From NCBI GenBank assembly GCA_010093605.1, contig MU004194.1:782323-846322 (forward strand): a stretch of DNA of 64,000 nt, read 5' to 3'. The notes beneath the pieces were generated by a model, which saw only the letters and a program-made list of their open reading frames with translations, was not told the DNA's origin and did not search any database. Positions 1-12,253 of this stretch are shown one piece after another. The stretch's first letter is position 1. Each line of letters starts with the position of its first letter. The position numbers and the translations under genes were made by a program. The stretch comes from Lophium mytilinum. Taxonomy: Eukaryota.

Positions 1-2125
1 TGGCATTATACCTTCTTTACTACGTTATCAAAGAGCCTCTTTTACCGCGACTTCTTGCTTGGGAAACCTCCTCCAAACTCGCGCCGGAAAACTGAATACT
101 GCACTCCTCTCCTTGTAAATGCGATGTTAGCTCTGGGATGCCACTTTACGTCCTGGCCCGGATCGCGAGCTACTCGGGATGATTCTGCTACTGCGGGTGA
201 CCACTTCTTCAAAGAAGCTAAGAGGTTGATCTTGGTAGACGATCTTCATGAGGTACCGAAGCTGACTACGGGTCCGTGTCTGAGAACGCAGCCGCTATCG
301 TAGATGTGCTAATCCTCTTCTAGTACAAGCACTTGCTCTCATGTCTGTCCGTGAAGCTGGCTGTGGCCGAGAAGCCAAGGGCTGGGTATACAGTGGAATG
401 AGCTTCAGAATGGCCTGTGACCTTGGACTCAACCTCGATTCCGGCGGAATGTATCATGACAAGAACGCAGCTTTAGATGAAACGGAGGAGGATGCACGCC
501 GTATTACATTTTGGGGATGTTTCTTGTTCGACAAGTTCGTATTTCTGCCACGCATTCGGAAGCATTGGCTAATAACCTTGAATCTAGATGCTGGTCAAAC
601 TATCTCGGACGACTGCCACAGCTACCAACCTCGATAATAACAGTACCTAAATTCGAGGTCTTCCCGATGGAGGAAGCTGATCTCTGGTCTGCATATACCG
701 ATTCAGGCTTCAGCCAAGCACACACGCAGCCATCAAGAACTCGCGCTGTAAGCTCAAGCACCTCACCCCTTTTGTTATACACAAGGCTAAATGACGCAAA
801 GGTCGCTCGCCAGATATCTGCCCTCTGTGAGATTAGTAATGACCTAATTAACTTTTTCTACAATCCCATCGACATGGATAAAGCGAAAGGTAAGCAATCG
901 GAGCTCAAGAAGCTGAGCGAGATCCACCAAAGACTAGAGACATGGCGGAGAGAGCTTCCTAATGAGCTCGAACCCAAGGAAGGGGGGTTGCCAAGTATGT
1001 TGGTGATGCACATGTTCTTTCAATTGCTGTACATTCATCTGTTTCGGCCGTTCCTCAAGTACAATCAAGCGACTTCACCGCGTAAGATCTCTCCAAACCC
1101 ATCTTCTGTCAGCCCATTCTGAACATCCAGCAGTACCGGCTCACGTCTCTCCGCGGAAACTATGCACCCAGGCAGCAGCCATGATTTCCAAACTACTCAG
1201 ACTTTACAAACGATCCCACGTAAGCTTCCTCCGAGCCCCCATTCCTCTGGCCCTAGTCTAACCATCTCAGGGCTTGAGGCAAATCTGCAACGTCGCAGTC
1301 TACATCGCCCACAGCGCCTGCACAATCCACCTCCTAAACCTCCCCGAAAAGAACGCCAAACGCGACATCATCCACGGGGTCAAGCACCTCGAAGAGATCG
1401 CCGAAGGCTGGCTCTGCGCCCGCCGAACCCTCGGCATCCTCAGCGTCCTCGCGCGCAAATGGAAAGTCGACCTCCCCGAAGAAGCCGCCGCCGTCCTCTC
1501 CCGAACCGACGCCAAGTTTGGTCCCTACGGCGACGTCACCCCCAAGGTCCCAGCCCGCAAGCTCGAGCCCGTGTCGCCGCCGCTGCCCCAGTACACCATG
1601 CCCGCCATCCAAAACCCCACCCCTTTCTTCCCCGCCGACCCCACGATCGCCACCTCGATCTCCTCAGAGGCGCCCCGCAGCACATCCATACCGCACCCCC
1701 TCCCCCCAAGCTCGGCAGCCGACCTCCAGCAGTTCTCGCGCTATCCCACAGGCACACCGGCTTCGCAGCCAGCAAACACAGGGCGCCAGTCGCTCGACAG
1801 CACGAACTCATCCGGCGCGTCGCCGAGCCAGCTCTTCGGCGGCGTTGATGCCCTTGTCAGCGATGGCCAGGACTGGTGGCTGCGCGACCAGTCGCAGCTT
1901 GCGCTGGGGTTTGATAACTGGAACCTCAGTGAGGCGGATATCGCGTGGTTGAACACGACAACGGCGGCGGTGAGCCCGAGCAATGGGTATACGGCGCCTG
2001 CGGCGGCGGCGGCGGCGAATGGCAATGTGAATGCTAACGGGAATGCTAATGGGAATGGAGTGGGGGGGTTGAATGGGTATGGTGGGGTGCTGGATACGTA
2101 TAATGAGAATGAGTGGTACCAGTAA
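1..2125 (+). CDS. Fungal Zn2Cys6-class transcription factor, NirA/NIT4-like (middle homology region and C-terminus; 5' end lies outside the window)
   Basis: Spliced exons <1-271, 324-534, 588-747, 802-1081, 1134-1219, 1271-2125. Fungal_trans motifs QALALMSVREAGCGREAKGWVYSGMSFRMACDLGL and RRITFWGCFLFDKCWSNYLGRLPQL. Ala/Asn-Gly low-complexity tail. Orthology to true nirA not established. Confidence 0.85.
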
Positions 2126-2500
2126 GATGAAATGAAGGAATATATGTAGAAATGGCCGATCTCTGGAATGGAGCAAGCCGGTCTCGAGGCGTTGGTATAT
2201 ACATCTTGTTTGGGAATCTTGGCTAGGAATTCTGGAGTTATGATTGCCCCGGATACGATACTGTAGATCTCGGATATGTATTGGATCTAGAGGACGAGCT
2301 GGATAACATTCGTTCGTCTAGTAAGATAATGGGTCGTGGATTAATGAATGATGAGATAGTCTGAGCTTAGCTTTGTTGAAGAGAATCATGCAAAGGATAT
2401 ACCTGTAATACTAAAATCATATTGTAGTCTGAAGTGGAACTATTGATGAGAGTCTCATGGGCTCCCTGAAGAACAAACCTTGCCGCCGTTCTCCAACGCC

Positions 2501-4920
2501 TCATTCAATACGCGGCCTCTTAGTAGGCGGCATATCGCTGTACTGAAGCGGACGTTTTTCAGGCTTGCGTCCAGCGCACCAGAACCGATTTGCCTCTTCC
2601 TTTGGCAAATCTGCCAGCTCCTCCCCATCCTCGGCGAAAATATTCTCTTCGTCGAGCATATCCTCCGTCATCGGTGCTGCGTTGAGTTCCAGCGGCTTGT
2701 CATTCTGGCGGTAGAAAGAACGCTTGAGGAACCTCATTCGCGGATGTCTCTTGTGCAGATACCGACCTACCATATGCATATAGCCATCGATACCTGAAGC
2801 TTCGATCCGCCGGCTGACAACGTCAAGCTCCAGCACCTGCCACGACTCGTCGCCCAGTAACTGCGCTAGTTGTTTAGACAACGACCAGGCTTCAAAGATC
2901 CCCGCCGGGATGAGGAGCGTAAGCTTCTTGAGTGCTGTAAGGCGGAGGGCGTAGCGTGCCCAGAACTTCCTCCAACCTTTCATTTCGCGAGCAACGAGGG
3001 CGACCTCACCCTTTGATAGCTGGCGGTTGGATTTTCCCCAGCCGGCCACGCCAGGCATGTCCAGGGAGTACTGAATAATCAGCTCATCAACGAGATGGGC
3101 GATGCGGCTCAGGTTGAATCGTGCTTGGCTTGCCGCGAGAACTTGTTTTCGCTCTGCGCCCTCTCCAACGTGATGCTTATAATCCGAGAAGTACACACTG
3201 CGATCAAGTCCATTATTGGTGTAAGTCATCCCACGATCGCCTATTCTCAGGTTAATGAAAGTACTGATGCCAAGCTCAATATTGCACATACCGATACTCA
3301 ATCTCACCGGGATGCCTAGTTGGCGCAGTGTCTCGAAAAAAGTCTTTAGACCCGATATGATGTCAGCCTTCGGCTTGGTGGTGCTGTGATCAATGTTGGC
3401 TGGGAAGACACTGCTCCTGGATCAGTGTTATTCCGAGGTGTAAGGTGGACAGATACGTACTCGCAACATAAAGAGTCCCATGCAAAAATGGGCCTGAAAC
3501 CACAGGTCCTTACCATCCACTGCAAGGCGGACTGCATGTCTTCATCGACGGAACAGTCTGGGTACTCCACCTGGTTGTTGCGCGTTGGCCTATGGACGGA
3601 AACAAAATGAAAAGGATGAAGGATGATATCACGAAGTGACTCCGTTGGTAGTACTTTGATGTGGGATTCTTGGGAAGCAGTATGGAGCTCCTTGAACATG
3701 TTGCAAAGGGAATGGCCAACTCCTTGGGTGACCTTTTGGCCAATCTCCATGTGGTTTCGCTCACAGGCCTCATAGTCGCCAGTATCAAATTCCCCCTCCT
3801 CCTCTCGATGCTGCGTCCCAGGGATCATGCGATGGGTGAGAAATTGGTATGGGTAGCTTCGGAAACTATCGCGATGCTCGTGCACCCAAGCGCAGAGACT
3901 GACTTCGATCTTGCAAAGCTTGCGTAGCTTGACGTTTTCGGAGACCAGCAGCGAGAGAAAAGGTGACAAGTCGTGCACTCTCAACGTCGTCAACGTTGAG
4001 GGGCCGTGAGTAATAAGTGCATCGACGAAGACGCAGACTCGCTGATGTATCTCCCATTCGGTCCAAGTGATGTGGCGAAAGCTCCCTCGAACTCCTAGTG
4101 TCTTGAGCTGCGTACAGGCTGGAAGGATCGCGCTTGGAACAGAACTCAGGTCTCTACGACGCGATAGCCGAAAGTTAGGCTTGAACTGGTAGTCGTTGTA
4201 TGAGTAGTTATACTCGACTCTTGAGTGAGCTGCGAAATCAGACCAATTGCAGACCTCCAGCTCTTGGAGCCGTGAGAAGAGATTCGGACAAGCCTGGACT
4301 AATTCATTCCACGTCCAGATCTCGGCAGGGGTCCACACAAAGTCTTTGATGTTAGAGATATCGAGACTCGTTAGGTTCGGTAGATTCTCGGCTATCCACT
4401 TGAAGTCATCGATGGAAGAGAAATGGCACATTGCTATCTTGGAAATAAACCGTCTATTGCCGTCATTGACGGACGCACAGAAAGCCTCCCAGCGCTCGCG
4501 GCCAGGGCTCTTGTAATTCCAGTCATTAAGCCGCATTTCTCGGACATCTTCAAATTGAATTGGATACTTGTATATGACTTCATCGATGACCTGGGACTGC
4601 GAGAGTCCACGACAGACTAGCTTGAGCCTCAGAGCGTCCGCGCGCTCGAGGTAATCGGCAATGCATCTGAAGATGTCGGCTGGAATGCTTAGGATTGGAT
4701 TGGTAGCATTGTTCCGAGGAGTTTGGAGAGTGTCAAGTTCCAGGTTCTCGTCGGTGACCATATCTGTGGCTAACGAGGTGCTTCCTTCAGCGCGTGGTGG
4801 CAACAAGAAGCTCCTCGCCTGGCGACGTTCGAGCTGCTCGACGCTCGCCAGCAGTTGTCGGCTTGGATGAGAAATTCGGCCGCCAAATCGAGTATGTGTA
4901 ATTAGGTCGAGCAAATCCAT
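2501..4920 (-). CDS. F-box domain protein with LRR-like segments
   Basis: ORFs 3346-4947 and 2501-3307 join in frame through intron 3411-3460 (GTACGT...CAG). F-box-like ILSIPADIFRCIADYLERADALRLKLVCRGL. LRR-like NLPNLTSLDIS, SRLQELEV, TQLKTLGV. C-terminal PTKRPR is NLS-like. Confidence 0.75.
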
Positions 4921-5679
4921 ATGACGATGTGACTCAATGAGCACCAAGCCTGGGCGAACGGTGGCACAGTGGCAGAGATGTCTAGCTCAACTCTGCAATC
5001 AAGGTGAGGAGAAGTGAGCAAGAAAGTAGTCCAGAAGCTCTTCGTTAGTCTCGTGCAACCAACATGAGCTAGGCAGATGTGATGAGAGTCTCTCTGATAG
5101 GCGTATCTGACGAACACCGATGGATTTTTTTGGGCCGGCTTCAGGTCTGCCAGAAAGATGGATCCGGGAAGGCTGGCTACTACGTTTTCAAAGAATGCTG
5201 ATGCTGCGGTCGTGTTGTCTGCGCCTGGAGGTCAGTTTGTAGCTATCGGGCTATGGCATACCCATGTTTGACCAGGCTGAATTCAGTTTTTGGGGGAGAA
5301 TGATCGTTGGATGCCTGAGCAGGCCACAAACCGCAAGGAGGAACCGTAGGACAAGCCCAGTTACCGATGCACTCGCCCCGTGAAGGCAGTGAATGTTGGA
5401 TGTCCTGGCGGTTGACGAGACGTTCATAGTTGACCTCTGAAACGGGCGCTGCAGGTGGTCTCGCGGGATGTGGCCTGTGCGGCCTTGGCGAGCCAAGCTA
5501 GCGACGCCGGATTTACCATTCCATTTCTTTGAACTATTCTACCCGCTATCCATGCAAGCACACTGAGGCTCGTCAACCCACGTCCCCAGCCCACGCAGCT
5601 CCCAAACCAAAGCCAATACTGCCATAGTATTCCGCGACTCCTGGTTTCCGCTTTCGAAGCTGCCAGCCCATCGCCCGCC

Positions 5680-6181
5680 ATGGCCGACTCCCAGCTCTTT
5701 GAAGAAACCTTCACCATCGAGGCAGTCGATAACCAGAAGTACGACCGCGTCTCCCGTGTGACCGGACAATCGACCGACGGCGGGACTAAGTTCTGGCTCG
5801 ACATCAACCATGAGCTCTTTCCCTTGAACGAAAAAGACAGCGTACAGATGGTTCTGGCAAGCACCCTCAACCTCGACGGTTCAAAGGCCGAGAAGGGCTG
5901 GCGGGAGCTGTCGCGCATGGACAGCACGCTCGCTGACATGTACGATTACGTGTGTCACGGCAAGGTGTATCGATTCGAAGAAGGCGCCGGCGAGAATATG
6001 TGAGTTCTGTCCCCGCAATTCTGAAGTAGCCGGCAAGTTTAGTTGGAATCGCCGCTGACACATCTGGTCTCGTAGCAAGGTGTATATCTCGTTCGGTGGG
6101 CTGCTCCTATATATCGATGGTCCGTATAAGAAACTCACGCCGCTGCGAATCGACTACGTCTATATGCTTCTAAAGAAATGA
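5680..6181 (+). CDS. RPB8: RNA polymerases I/II/III shared subunit RPABC3
   Basis: LFEETFTIEAVDNQKYDRVSRV...LADMYDYVCHGKVYRFEE; intron 6000-6075; exon 2 gives KVYISFGGLLLYIDGPYKKLTPLRIDYVYMLLKK*. Confidence 0.97.
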
Positions 6182-6427
6182 GAGGATTGGTTAAGGGAAA
6201 GCGGTCGTCCGCAAATGTCGTATGAACGACGAACGAATGGGGGCAATTCGGCACATGAGGTCTCAGCTGTGATCTAGACATAGAACGGTCATGATTCCAA
6301 AAAGGCCTGCTTGGAAAATAGGCACTTGCATGGGCGGCGTTCTTGGAGGACTCTTCTATTTGGGAGCCTCATCAGCTCTGGTCTATGATGTAGCGCAGGC
6401 GTCCGGATACCCAAAAAGCTAGGCAGC

Positions 6428-7433
6428 TCATAGAGTCGGGAATTCCAACCTCCGATGAAGCCTCGAGCCAATCTCGATATAGTCTTTCTCATTCTCGGAT
6501 GTCACAATACCGTGCCGAATGAAGAAATCCAGTGTCACAGCCGCACAATTCGGCTTGAACTCCCCCTTAGCCAAGGCCTCCTTGACTTCGTCCACACTCC
6601 ACAGGTAGAACTCTTCCACCTCATCGTCGTTCGGCTTGGGAATCACGTCCTCTGGCAGTTCGAGGTCGTAGACATACTGGCACTCTGGCTGCAGCAATCG
6701 AGTCTCGCCTCCTGCTCTTTCGTCCCTGATGTAGGAATATGTGACTGTACCCGAAGCTTTGGCTTTCTCCCGCACTAATGCCTCGGGCAATGAAGCCTCC
6801 TCTTCGCACTCTCTCACCAGACACTCAAACGGCCCCTCGCCAGACGCGATGCCGCCTGCCACAGTGTTGTCCAGCAGCCCGCCATACGTCTGCTTCGTCC
6901 TCGCCCGCCTCGGAATCCAGAGCTTCAAGCTTCCATCCTTCCCTTTTACATATGCCACCAGATGCACGCCGTACGTCACAATGCCCAACAATGGACTCGC
7001 GCACCGCTCGACATCGAAGAGCAGCTCTCGGTTCTTGCCATACACCGGGTACAATTCGTTCCGCCACTTGCTCAGCACCTTGAAGTGTCCTGTCTCCCGC
7101 ATTGCCACCACTGTCCGCATAACTACTTCGCTGCGCTCGGCGGCGGTGTTCCCCGCAGTCAGCGTCAGCGTGCGCTCGTCGTCGTCCAGGGTCCACGAAG
7201 ACAAGCCGCGGAAGATTTCGGCGACAGACGGCAGCACGTATCCAAGAGGGTAGTCATGGTCGGCGACGCGGAGCTGGTAGTACGTGTCAATGCTGGCGAA
7301 GTAGGCGACTGGGTCGGTTTGGTAGTACGGGAAGCTGTGGGCGCGTTAGCGGGATGGATGCAAGACTTGAAAGATTAAGGGCGGTGGACTACCTGTCGCA
7401 TTCCTCAATCAAGTCGAGATTTGACTTGGACAT
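6428..7433 (-). CDS. Nudix hydrolase (YJR142W/NUDT20-like, thiamine-diphosphate-related)
   Basis: ATG at 7433, intron 7335-7392. Motifs WRNELYPVYG, YGVHL, LDNTVAGGIASGEGPFECLVRECEEEASL (Nudix box), GEFKPNC. Confidence 0.9.
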
Positions 7434-10172
7434 TTTGGGATAGGAGCCAGGAAACTAGGAGTTCAGAGTTCACGAAGAGAAGAGGTGAGCTTGCCAACGG
7501 TCAGCGGCAGGCTGCCTCGCTGCCTGAGGGCTCTACGTCAATGGGCTGGGTTTATCGATAAGCGGTAGGGCTGAAAGCGAGGGTCCACAGCCGCTAGATA
7601 TCCAATCACGCGGGGCATAAAAGAGGTGGCACACTCAACCGCATTCTAGCTCTTATACACTTCTCTGCCGCTATTTGTGGTGCTTCGATACACTTTTTAA
7701 AATGCAAAAGAGGCAGAACCTCTTAGCCTTGGGCTATGTGGAATCCAAGCTGTGGCAGACAGGTGTACACACGACCGCAAAGGACAGATCTCGATGAGAG
7801 TGCCACTTTTTCCATGCCCGGCGTGCCAATGTAGCCTAGGCTCTTGGCGAAATGCTTGAGGATTCTTGACAATGAGCTTTGCAGATTGGCAGTCCCTTGG
7901 CTATGATACGTTGGGGAACATCATGGAACTATTTCGATAGACATCCGAACTGCGGTACAGCAAAGTCCTCAAGTTCAAGACTCGCCGCAGATGTGCCGCT
8001 CGGAAATACACCGCACGTGATTCCGGCATTCCACGGCCTCACACTGGTTGCCATAGTGACTTTTGTTATACACCTAATTTACCGTACAAAGGTATGAGCA
8101 AGTGCATGACTCCTGAGACCCGGGATCCTTGATTTGAAACTTGGACGGACGAGCTACCCACCTGGGAAGTCAAAATATCAAGCAGGCGACAATGTGATGA
8201 TGGACTTGGGGGGTTCATTAGATGGTTTACGTCGTACTACAAAGGTAACTGATACTACGAACTTTCCAGCTGAAGATAAAGCATCTTTGATGAAGGCAAA
8301 TTTTTCAAGCCATCAACGTCCTCATCAGTGCCGACCTTTGATGCTATGGCCTACGCGGTTTGGTGGCTGTAAAACTGATTGCTTCACAGGAATCTAACAA
8401 TATGTTTGAGAATTGCCGTTGCTCCAAAGCCGAATTGTGTTTGTGGCAAAGGGCACGCCAGTTCAAATCGAGTTTGCCATTGACAAATGTTTCTAGTACT
8501 ATGGTATCCGGCGTATCTTTTGTATGTGGGGACTAAGGCAACGTCAGCAGCAGGGGATTAAAACACAGACCAATACAAGGGTTCTCACCAATCGACTCTT
8601 CAGCATTTACCTTACCGCGCAGCCGTGCGCTTACCGAGATGAAAACGCCACAGTCTCCACATACAAAAGATACGCCGGATACCATAGTAGAAGACTACAA
8701 GGGATGTGGAAAGGGATCTGCGCGTTGAGGCAGTGCAAAAGTCCCCACGGCCCAATTCCAGGCGGTCTAGGAATTGTCGGTACCTCGCAGCGTACTCCGT
8801 ATGTAGAGGCAAATGCGTCATCAGCTCAGGACCGCAGGACCGACATAAGTTTCCAAATGGAGTAGAATGATGCGACTAGCATACTCTGAGCTTTCAGAGA
8901 CAACAGCGAGATAGCCTACTGTGAGCTTACCTGCCGAGCCCAGCGCCTAGCTCAGGGCATGTACCCTTGTACCTTTGGCAATTTCAGGCTCGGAGAAGTT
9001 ATCATTGGCCAATATATATGACTGTAATAATGCTCTGTACTATGCACCTCACGCTTATTTCTCAACCTCCGAGGAGTGGTTAAGCGGTATCCCGGTCGTT
9101 AACAGGGCGATTAACCCACTCAGCGTGACGTGTAACACGCACACCAGTTTCTGCAGGTGAGCGTCGGGACTTCGTGGCTTCAGCTGTCTCCATACGACTC
9201 CCGAGGCGAAGTAGCCCGAGTCGGCCCGCTGATCTGTCGTGTCGCTGGCGTGAGCCGACCCCTTCGCAGCGATGGAGATGGATGGACTCGGGCCCGTCGT
9301 GCTCCTGGCCTTGCTTGTGTCTTCGTGGGACAGATGCGAGGACTCTGTATCGATGCGGCGGGAGATGCAGCTGTCCGGCGCAAGGTGGGCCGCACCAGTG
9401 ACGAGGGCGCGGTGATGGGGGTCCTCGAATAATTGGAGACCGCGCCAGTTGAAACATCGACCATGTCCACTCCCAAGCCGCTGCGACTTGGCGATTCCAA
9501 CCGTGGAAAACCTTGATTCTCCGCCAAGAGAGTCCGCCGAGGAGTCTGACGAGCGTCTGCTGGTGGTGACGGTGACGCCGCTGGCGTGCGCTGGCTGTTC
9601 TAAAGCACCACGTCCCTTTCGAACGCGAGCCAGAACTCTCCCAACAACATCCCGATCGCAGATTCACTTGAGCGCCGCTTGATCGTCCTCGCTGTGGCTG
9701 GTGTGACGCTATTCCCCACAAGTAGCCCGCAGGTAAACAAGGATCAAACGCCGCCCCGACGTATTTGTGGCTGAGCACCCTCAATCTCCCAGCGCGCTGC
9801 CCGTCCGTCCTCCTTTCTTCTCATCAACCTCGCAGGCGCCGACGGTAAGCCTTTCTCTTGTCTTCTAGGCAGCTTCCAAATCATCACTCGGCTGTGTACT
9901 ATCACAGGGCTGCAGACACTGACCGGCACAGATACCGACAGCCTGAATTCACAGCCTTCTCGACACTGATAAAAGGCGTCCGTCCGCCCTGCTTTCTGGC
10001 CCCCAATCGCCATCGATCCAGCCACTCAACCTCCGACCTTTGTTTCCCCACACCGGAAGCCTTCTTTCGGGTTGCCTTTCGTGAGAAGCCCCTCTTCGGA
10101 CAAGGCTGAAGTTGCAATCGCGGCTTCAAGGCGCCTGTTGTATCGCGACACCCGTCGGGATCCCATATCGCC

Positions 10173-12253
10173 ATGCGTACGTCGCTCCTCGCCAGCATCC
10201 TGTATTCTTCCCAATCGCGGGAAGCATACCGAGAATGCATTAGAACCATGCTCACCTTCAATAATATAGATTCTGTACGATCAAAAGCCAGGCGCGCCGC
10301 CTGGTCTCTCGAGGGAAACACGCCCAATTACAATCCGTTTGCGCGGACGCGGTCAAACGACAGCAGACGTCCAACAGATGAGGAAAACGACCTGGGTAGA
10401 GTTCGCTCAGAGACTCATTTGGAGCCTACGATCGTAGAGCAGCGTCGCGCCGAAAGTCGACAGGCCACAGAGGAATTTCCTGGTCCTCACCATGCTGGCA
10501 CTGCACCTCCAACATCGGCAACCAGCGAGAAGGCCCCTATGGACATTGGCGCCGACGACAAAGTAACCAATGGGGTCCCCAATGGTGAGCCCAGCTCTAC
10601 ATGGGGCACAAGCAAAGAATCCGCGGAGACCAGTGATACTCTGGTTCCCGCCCCGAAGAAGGGGCTCAGAAACCGGATGAAGTTCAGAAACATACTCCGG
10701 AAGAACACTGAAGAGGATGAAGGCGAAGGCCTGGACCGCACAGAAACAGGTGTATCCATAAAATCCGCGAAGCGTAAGGAGGCATTAGCTCGCAGTATCC
10801 CAGCCATGCAACAGTTCAAAGCTGTTGTCTTCGGGTCTTGGATCAATTTGCTCCTCATCATGGTTCCTGTTGGCTTTGCGGTCAACTATGCGCATCTCAA
10901 CGGCATAGTCGTGTTTGTTGTAAACTTCATTGCCATTATCCCTCTAGCGGCTATGCTCAGTTACGCGACCGAGGAGCTTGCGCTTCGTACTGGTGAGACC
11001 CTCGGTGGTCTTCTGAATGCATCCTTTGGGTAAGTGTGTCAGCCATCACGCAGGTTTGCACCACTAATATCTCGTCCAGAAACGCCGTTGAATTAATCGT
11101 CTCCATTCAAGCGCTTTTCAAAGATGAGATCGTCATTGTGAAGACTTCCCTAATTGGAAGTATGCTCTCAAACTTGCTGCTCGTTCTTGGGATGTGCTTC
11201 TTCTGTGGAGGCTTCGACCGGTTGGAACAGTTCTTCAATGTCACCGTCGCCCAAACCGCTGCCAGTCTTTTGGCTCTTTGCATTGGCAGTCTAATCATCC
11301 CGACTGTGTTCCAGTCTATGATACCATGTATGTCGATTCCTCTATTTTTAGTACGCTAGCTGTATTGACCTCATCTTAGCAAGTGACAGCGACGATAATT
11401 TCTTCAGAAACCAGGAGCTTTCCCATGGAACAGCTGTCATCCTTCTCATCATCTATGGTTGCTATCTCTTCTTCCAACTTAAGACCCATGTCACGATGTA
11501 CAACGAGCCAAGCCAGAAGGTTGAGAGAAGAAAGACGTCTGGAAAGATCGAGGAGGGCACCAGTAGCCGTGGAATTGCCACAATTGGTGCCGGCACTGCT
11601 GCTTTGGCCGGAGGCTCTGTCAATCAAACGCAACTGGTACAAAATGGAGAGGAGGAGGAAGAAGAGTTTGAAGAACCCCAGCTGACTCTATTGGGCGCTC
11701 TCGTCAGTCTTGCAGCTTCGACCGTTCTGGTTGCCTTCTGTTCCGAATTCATGGTCGACAATATTCAGGCTATAACAAAGGGTGGCAAGGTCGGCACCGT
11801 CTTCGTCGGCCTTATCCTGCTTCCCATAGTCGGAAATGCTGCCGAGCACGCAACTGCAGTCACAGTCGCGATCAAGGACAAGATGGATCTCGCCATCGGT
11901 GTTGCAGTCGGGTCCAGCATGCAAATCGCCTTGTTGGTCCTCCCGTTTGTCGTGGTTGTTGGCTGGATTGCCGATAAAACATGCATGACGCTCTACTTTG
12001 ATACCTTCCAGATTGCAGTTCTCTTCATCACGATCCTGCTCGTGAATTACCTCATCCAGGATGGCAAATCTCGTAAGTGTTGCGTTCCTTCTGGGCTTGT
12101 CCTCGCTAACATGGAATAGACTGGCTCGAGGGAGTTCTACTCATGGCGACGTATATCATCATCGCCATTGCTGCCTGGTTCTATCCAAGTGACTTTACCA
12201 ATGACCCCAGGTGTCCTATCAATGCGGATGGCAAAGTCACACCGACTTCTTGA
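10173..12253 (+). CDS. Ca2+/H+ exchanger (CAX/VCX1 family) with long hydrophilic N-terminus
   Basis: Probable introns 10177-10269, 11030-11079, 11328-11379, 12073-12119. Alpha-repeat motifs GGLLNASFGNAVELIV and LPIVGNAAEH, acidic central loop EEEEEEFEE, multiple hydrophobic helices. Confidence 0.95.

Noticed and set aside
1162..1952. Long alternative-frame ORFs over the TF's last exon
   Set aside because: Artefact of C-rich third codon positions.
6428..7900. TPP riboswitch near the thiamine-related Nudix gene
   Set aside because: No fungal aptamer core (CTGAGA...TGATCnnGnTAATnCnnGCG) seen by eye; an Rfam scan would settle it.
9080..9784. 234-aa minus-strand ORF and overlapping small ORFs
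   Set aside because: Arg/Pro-rich translation of GC-rich sequence; better explained as the CAX leader region.
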